Of a stretch of DNA of 64,000 nucleotides, positions 57,771 to 64,000 are shown one piece after another. The position numbers and the translations under genes are program-made. Every line of letters begins with the position of its first letter. Position 1 is the stretch's first letter. Under the pieces are notes generated by a model. That model had not been told where the DNA came from. It saw only the letters and a program-made list of their open reading frames with translations, and did no database searches. The stretch lies in NCBI GenBank assembly GCA_965248265.1, contig CBDFJF010000001.1, forward strand, positions 480,001-544,000, read 5' to 3'. The DNA comes from Candidatus Latescibacterota bacterium (GTDB lineage: Bacteria > Latescibacterota > UBA2968 > UBA8231).

Positions 57771-58955
57771 ATGGCATCAATGAAGCTGTATCCTGCGCGC
57801 AACTGCTGGCGGGTGCGGTATACGGTCTATTTGGGTCACCAGAAGCATCATCGATCCCGTTACTGCAAGACGAAGGCGGCGGCAACATCGATGAGGACCC
57901 GGCTTGCGGACTTGGAAGGCGCCACTCGTGATCAGGTTGCAAGCAACGCCCAAATCAAGAAGTGGATCGATGATGGCGTTCTGACTCGTGGTGAGGCCGC
58001 CTCAGCGTTTCCTGGTTGGGCAGACACGGCGGCACGTGACCCCGACAGCTCCGGCACCGACTACAAAGTTATCCTCGATGCATACGAGAATTATGCACTC
58101 GTACACAGCAAGGCCAACGACCCGCACCGCAAGACCCACCTGAACAACATGGCGATGGCTCGCCAAGTCGTGGAACGGCTTCACTCGGACTATCCCGATC
58201 TACGTCAGTTACGGGTCAGGGACTGTGAGGCTTACCGTGCCGATTTACAGGACCACTACTCGTCGTGGAGTGTCCACCACTACCTGACCAAGCTGCGCAT
58301 TCTGTTAGATCAAGCCGTCGATATGGGCATGATCGCCACAAATCCAGCTCGACTGCTCAAAATGGGCAATCCGAAGACGGCCAAGGTCCGACGTATTCTG
58401 AGCAGCGATGAGGCGCGGATGGTGATGGATACGAGCCGGGAGTACCAGCAGTGGGTCTATGGTGGGCTACCCACTGCAGTCAGACTGGGCTTGTACGCTG
58501 GTCTCAGGCCCGAGGAAATGTGCTGGACGCAATGGTCATGGCTGGACATGAAACGTCGTACCCTGACTGTGCAGCAGGCGCAGGACGTGATGGGCCAGGT
58601 GTGGCGACCGAAAGATTACGAAGCACGTGTCCTGGACGTTAGTAAGGAACTACTCGATTGGCTGAAAGCTCAACATCAAGACGGCCGTTTTATCCTCCGT
58701 GGTAAGCATGAGGGCCGCCCGCTGCATCCATCATCCTTGACTCATGGATTCAGGAAGATGGCTGACGCTGCAGGATGGGACACAACAATCTCGTTGTATT
58801 GTGGTCGCCATACCTACTGCACTGAGTTGCTCAGAGCCGGGGTAGACCTGGCCACCGTTCAGCGACGGATGGGACACGAGTCGATCCGCACTACACAGAC
58901 GTATCTTCATGCCCTCGGGGCAGAAACTCCTGTGGCTGACAAGTTGCCGTACTGA
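57771..58955 (+). CDS. Tyrosine recombinase/integrase
   Basis: YAGLRPEE (Arg), PK (Lys), YCGRHTY, ELLRAGVDL, MGH and TTQTY (catalytic Tyr); adjacent to a tRNA. Confidence 0.92.
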   Translation: MASMKLYPARNCWRVRYTVYLGHQKHHRSRYCKTKAAATSMRTRLADLEGATRDQVASNAQIKKWIDDGVLTRGEAASAFPGWADTAARDPDSSGTDYKVILDAYENYALVHSKANDPHRKTHLNNMAMARQVVERLHSDYPDLRQLRVRDCEAYRADLQDHYSSWSVHHYLTKLRILLDQAVDMGMIATNPARLLKMGNPKTAKVRRILSSDEARMVMDTSREYQQWVYGGLPTAVRLGLYAGLRPEEMCWTQWSWLDMKRRTLTVQQAQDVMGQVWRPKDYEARVLDVSKELLDWLKAQHQDGRFILRGKHEGRPLHPSSLTHGFRKMADAAGWDTTISLYCGRHTYCTELLRAGVDLATVQRRMGHESIRTTQTYLHALGAETPVADKLPY

Positions 58956-59125
58956 GGCGCGGGCTTTTTTTCGGATGAGAGCGCTGATACACGTAAGTGT
59001 TTCCACAAGGAAACACTATCCCGAAGAGCTCTGTGGCTGTCCCTCTTGCTATGCCTCTGGCACAGTTTCTGCTGATGGTTGCTGCAGCAATCTGCTACAG
59101 CAAACGACAGCAAGGAGCGATCAGC

Positions 59126-59314
59126 ATGTTTCCGAATATGACCTTCTGCATAATGTCTACCGACCCGGACTTCGTCTCGGACTTCACACAGCTTCTTCAC
59201 AGTTGTAGCGCGGAAGTCTACATTGCTACTGACTTCGAGGAGTTTAGGCGACTACAAGAGGAGGGTGTCGCAGCCGAGATGCTCGTAGTCGACCCAATCT
59301 TCAAATGCTCCTGA
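59126..59314 (+). CDS. Small hypothetical protein (62 aa), weakly resembling the N-terminal half of a receiver domain
   Basis: AAGGAG SD before the ATG; beta-alpha-beta-alpha-beta pattern ending LVVDP. Confidence 0.4.
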   Translation: MFPNMTFCIMSTDPDFVSDFTQLLHSCSAEVYIATDFEEFRRLQEEGVAAEMLVVDPIFKCS

Positions 59315-59380
59315 GGCTTGCCTCGCGGCGGAAAGCTCCAATACTGGGATAGCACCGCGACACGTGAAGGGGTTGAGGCA

Positions 59381-60392
59381 GTGAACCAAACCACAACAGT
59401 CCGAAAACTGCTGCTAACGGAGGTGCAAGACCTCTTGGACGAAGAGGGATTGCAATGCACCGATACCTCTCAGACAGTGACGGAACTCCTGGCACTGCTA
59501 GCCCACTACTCAGAAGAGCAACACAGGCTCTTCCCGAAAGTCATCATCTGTAATCGTGTTAGTGAGATTCGTGGGGTGCTTGGTGGTGTTGACGAGATTC
59601 CTATCGGTGAAGGCGATATCTCACCTGGAACGATGCGGCAGGCCCTGAAGTCTTGCGCGCCATTGGCCGGTCTTAATTGGCTCCTCTATTTGGAGCGCGG
59701 CTATGGCAAGATGAGATATGGACTTCTCAGATCGGGCCTTCTGCCCACTGCCATCGACCCTAAGGCAAGCCTCCACGAATCTGACGTAGATGCTCTCTTA
59801 ATTAGCCGAGTTGGTGCTGGTACTGTTGAGGCCGTTGGAGCCCACGGTAATCGCTATCGGGTCGTATTCTCAGCAGCGAAGGAGATTGCGGTATCCGCAA
59901 GCGATCATGTCGACACGCTCACAAGTGTGATGGTTAGAGGTTTAGCCGCTGAGGAGGCCGAGACGACCGCGTCGTTCTTTCGGTCCGTTCTGAATAGCGT
60001 CGTCGAAGTAGCTCATGGCACCCTAATCGCGGTATGCTGCCATAGCTACCGATGCCTTGGAAAAGACGCGATCTTCTTCGACCCTGAGATCAATTTCTCA
60101 GGATTCGCGGTCCGGGCTAGCACTCCAACATCTAACGGTGGGGATGTGGCCAGTGCAATGTCCTATGCTGAGCTTCTGCGAGGCATGCTATCGAGTGAGG
60201 CATTTGCGTATTCGATATCAAGGGCAATCTTTTGGGTTATGCTGCTTTGTGAAATCCGAACATGCCGAGCAGGAAGTCGGTGGGGCTAGACGGCGTGCAT
60301 ATAGAGTTCTCAAACGCCTAGTGGACTCAAAATGTTTGGCAGCTGTTTTTTACCAGTCGTCTGATGGTCCCACAGAACTCTACGGGGAGTAG
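59381..60392 (+). pseudogene. Divergent DAC (DisA_N, diadenylate cyclase-like) protein with an N-terminal extension; two apparent single-base deletions near 60198 and 60241
   Basis: Joining the frames gives HGTLIAV...GMLSS[D/E]GICVFDIKGNLLGYxCFVK...GGARRRAY...FYQSSDG, which matches the DisA_N motif order. Confidence 0.62.
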
Positions 60393-60396
60393 GAAA

Positions 60397-61716
60397 ATGA
60401 CAGAAGTCGTCCTGTGGAAACCTAATGTGCCGGTGGCGATCCCAGGGAGCGCCAAGACTCCTGCGGAGATAGCGGATTATGCCAAGCAACTAACGCCTCG
60501 AGATCGCAGCCAGCTCCTAAATGCCTACGAAGCCGAGCACTACGAGATGGCGACTCAGTTCGTCTGGTCGCGTGCCATGGCAGCATTGAAAGCTCAGTTG
60601 GGGACACTCGGGGCAGACTTCATTGGCGAGCTACTCGACAGGCAAGACATCGGCGCTGAGACGTCTCTGGGTACGGCGATCACTGACAACGAAGCGATAC
60701 AGCTGGCACAGGAGTTAGGAATCCTTGGGCCAACCACTGCGCTGAAGCTTCGTCACCAGATGGAACTGCTACTGCATCTTTCGTCGCCCAACAAAGAAGG
60801 CGAAGAGGAAAGAGAGATGTACCCTGAGGACGCGATCCAGTGCCTTCGCGCCTGTGTACAGAGTGTTCTTGGGACTGCACAAGACGAAAGTGCGGTTCGC
60901 TTCAAGCAGTTTCGAAATAGGCTCGAGTCCGAGCCTCTCACGCCAGACAGCGCGGAGGTCGTTACCCTTCTCAGTTCATCGCAGTTCTTTGTCCGGACTA
61001 CCATCAAAGTGCTACTGACCATGGCGAAGGCTTCTCAGGGAGCCAAGCTAGAGCATACCCTTGCGAATCTGAACCTAATCCTGCCAAAGGTCTGGGACAG
61101 GCTGCCTGAACCTGATAGGTGGTCCGTTGGCCGCGGGTACGCCGAAGTCAATGCAGCAGGCCACGTGCAGGCTGCGAAAGGGCTCAAAGCTGCACTGACC
61201 AAGGTCCAAGGATTCGACTTTGTTCCTGAGAGCCTCCGCTCTACTACATACATTGCGGTTGCTCGGGCTCTTGTCGAGACACATTTCGCGATTGACAATT
61301 TCCACAATGAACCAGAGAAGATTCGTGCACTGCACCAACTAGGCAAGTCAATCCCCTCGGCCGCATTGAGCCATTGTCTGACGGCGGTTCTGTGCGTGGG
61401 GCTTGGCAACATGTACGGCATCTCGTATGGAGCTCAATCTTATGTGAACCGTATCCTGGGATCGCTAACTCCGGATCGATGGAAGTACTATCTCGACCAG
61501 TGCCTCCCAGTAGACCAAGTCATTCTTGAGAAGCTGAAATACGATGGTCCCTGGGAGCGGTGGTTTGGTGTAGTCACTAAATACGGTCTGCGCGACTTGG
61601 AATTGGAGCAGACATCGGTTAAGCGGCTTTTTGCGTTGATGACGGGTACCGAAGTCCGGGGAATACCAGCATGGCAGATAGATAAGATGCTGGTTAACGC
61701 AGGCCCACAGGAGTAG
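60397..61716 (+). CDS. Hypothetical all-helical island protein (439 aa), possible HEPN-like N-terminus
   Basis: ATG 4 nt after the DAC-like stop; intact long ORF; fold assignment is only a resemblance. Confidence 0.75.
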   Translation: MTEVVLWKPNVPVAIPGSAKTPAEIADYAKQLTPRDRSQLLNAYEAEHYEMATQFVWSRAMAALKAQLGTLGADFIGELLDRQDIGAETSLGTAITDNEAIQLAQELGILGPTTALKLRHQMELLLHLSSPNKEGEEEREMYPEDAIQCLRACVQSVLGTAQDESAVRFKQFRNRLESEPLTPDSAEVVTLLSSSQFFVRTTIKVLLTMAKASQGAKLEHTLANLNLILPKVWDRLPEPDRWSVGRGYAEVNAAGHVQAAKGLKAALTKVQGFDFVPESLRSTTYIAVARALVETHFAIDNFHNEPEKIRALHQLGKSIPSAALSHCLTAVLCVGLGNMYGISYGAQSYVNRILGSLTPDRWKYYLDQCLPVDQVILEKLKYDGPWERWFGVVTKYGLRDLELEQTSVKRLFALMTGTEVRGIPAWQIDKMLVNAGPQE

Positions 61717-61721
61717 ACCGC

Positions 61722-62008
61722 GTGGCGATCCCAGACTACCAAACGATAATGAAGCCACTTCTGAGAGCCATCGGAGACGGTGAGGAGTGGAACATCCGTG
61801 AGCTCATTGGTGTTCTTGCCGACGAATTCGGGCTCACTGAAGAAGAAAGACAGACACGGCAGCCAAGCGGGGCAGCGCGTCTATTTGATAATCGGACTCA
61901 CTGGGCACGGAAGTACCTGAAGGAGGCTGGTTGCCTTGAGGCGACTAGAAGGGCACATGTACGCCTGACGGACCGGGGCCGCGAGGTCCTTAGGGACAAC
62001 CCGGATAG
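61722..62008 (+). pseudogene. mrr: Mrr restriction protein N-terminal winged-helix domain, truncated by IS3
   Basis: MAIPDYQTIMKPLL...FGLTEEER...PSG...FDNRTHWARKYLKEAG...LTDRG; no nuclease domain follows. Confidence 0.85.
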
Positions 62009-62059
62009 TGAATCGCCCCGGGGTTGCCGGAGGCTCCATTTCTTGAGAGGATTGGAGTC

Positions 62060-63291
<1,232 letters not shown>

Positions 63292-63322
63292 CCGAGTCTC
63301 CGAAAAACCCGGGGCGATTCAC

Positions 63323-64000
63323 AGCTATGAAGAGGCTCGGCTGAGAGTCGAGGAAGCCGAGATCGAGCTTGAAGAAACCAAACTTGCCCTGCTCAAGGAT
63401 GCCACTCGTGTCGCGGTACGCGAAGCGCGCAAGTACCGGCAGGCAAACGGCCACAGCTTCGTGGACCTGTACCTGGAAAACGCATCCGACGTCGATCGTG
63501 CGCTGCTTGTGGATCCACAGTTGCAGCAGGAGGACATAGCGGCCCTCCTGCGAGTCGAAGATGTGTTTGTCTCTCTCACGCACGGTCCCATCGTAGCCGA
63601 ACCCTACGAGGTCAGAATCCCTGTGCTTGAATTGGGGGATCGACAGAAACTGACGTTTCGGCTGCTGAGAGACGAGAACGCGGTCGTCGTCTCCCTCTCT
63701 TACTTGGATGTCGTCGGTGAAACCAGATCGATTATCCTCAAGAAGGGTGGCCAACTGGGCTTGCCCATGATCAACTCCGCTCAATTCTCGCAGGCGGGAG
63801 AACTGAAACGGAAGGTGCGCTACGACCTGTTGCTCGAGCACCTCGCAGAGGATGAGAGCAATTTCGCCCTGGAAGTCGTCGGCCTCGCTCCGGGAATCGA
63901 TCACGCGTTCATGGCTGATGGCGCCCGCGTCAATCGTGTCAGCTTTGACGGTTTCAGCTCCAACGACACGTTGTCACTCGAACTCGCCATCCCTGCCAAC
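63323..64000 (+). pseudogene. 5'-truncated reading frame of a host-like gene running off the window
   Basis: Stop-free frame SYEEARLRVEEAEIELEETKLALLKDA...LELAIPAN starts right at the IS end without a start codon; unrelated to Mrr. Confidence 0.65.

Larger units (their letters stand above)
57594..62008. mobile_element. tRNA-Val-integrated genomic island, right end lost or interrupted
   Basis: tRNA followed by an integrase; visibly more A/T-ending codons than the flanks; defence-like cargo. No copy of the tRNA 3' end was seen downstream. Confidence 0.75.

Noticed and set aside
57594-62008. Prophage
   Set aside because: No structural, terminase or replication genes; only an integrase and cargo are visible.

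Overview
High-GC bacterial chromosome segment. A UBact/proteasome operon and several secreted proteins ending in a QNxPNPFN...FlgD-Ig domain suggest an FCB-group lineage such as Latescibacterota or Gemmatimonadota (inference only). Main contents: a long minus-strand run of metabolic and oxidoreductase genes (0.9-13.7 kb) with a 196-bp CTAG-flanked MITE inside it; an 852-aa acidic orphan protein; SfsA fused to GIY-YIG; a dnaE2 plus imuB-like mutagenesis cassette behind a near-consensus sigma70 promoter; a lepB-arc-dop-ubact-prcB-prcA-pafA operon; gatB; HD-GYP, HDOD and cNMP signalling genes; an M6 protease; guaA; tyrS; and tRNA-Val(TAC). The tRNA is followed by an integrase island carrying a frameshifted DAC (DisA_N)-like gene, a partner gene and a truncated mrr, and the island is cut by an IS3 element. 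The most striking item absent from the ORF track is an apparent ribosome-mediated attenuator upstream of tyrS: a sigma70 promoter, a 20-codon Tyr-rich leader ORF (MTTHRLRAYYRYYRSPGAFD), and mutually exclusive antiterminator and terminator hairpins. Several single-base frameshifts, two of them in homopolymer runs, may be sequencing errors. All family calls are from motif recognition by eye; no searches were run.
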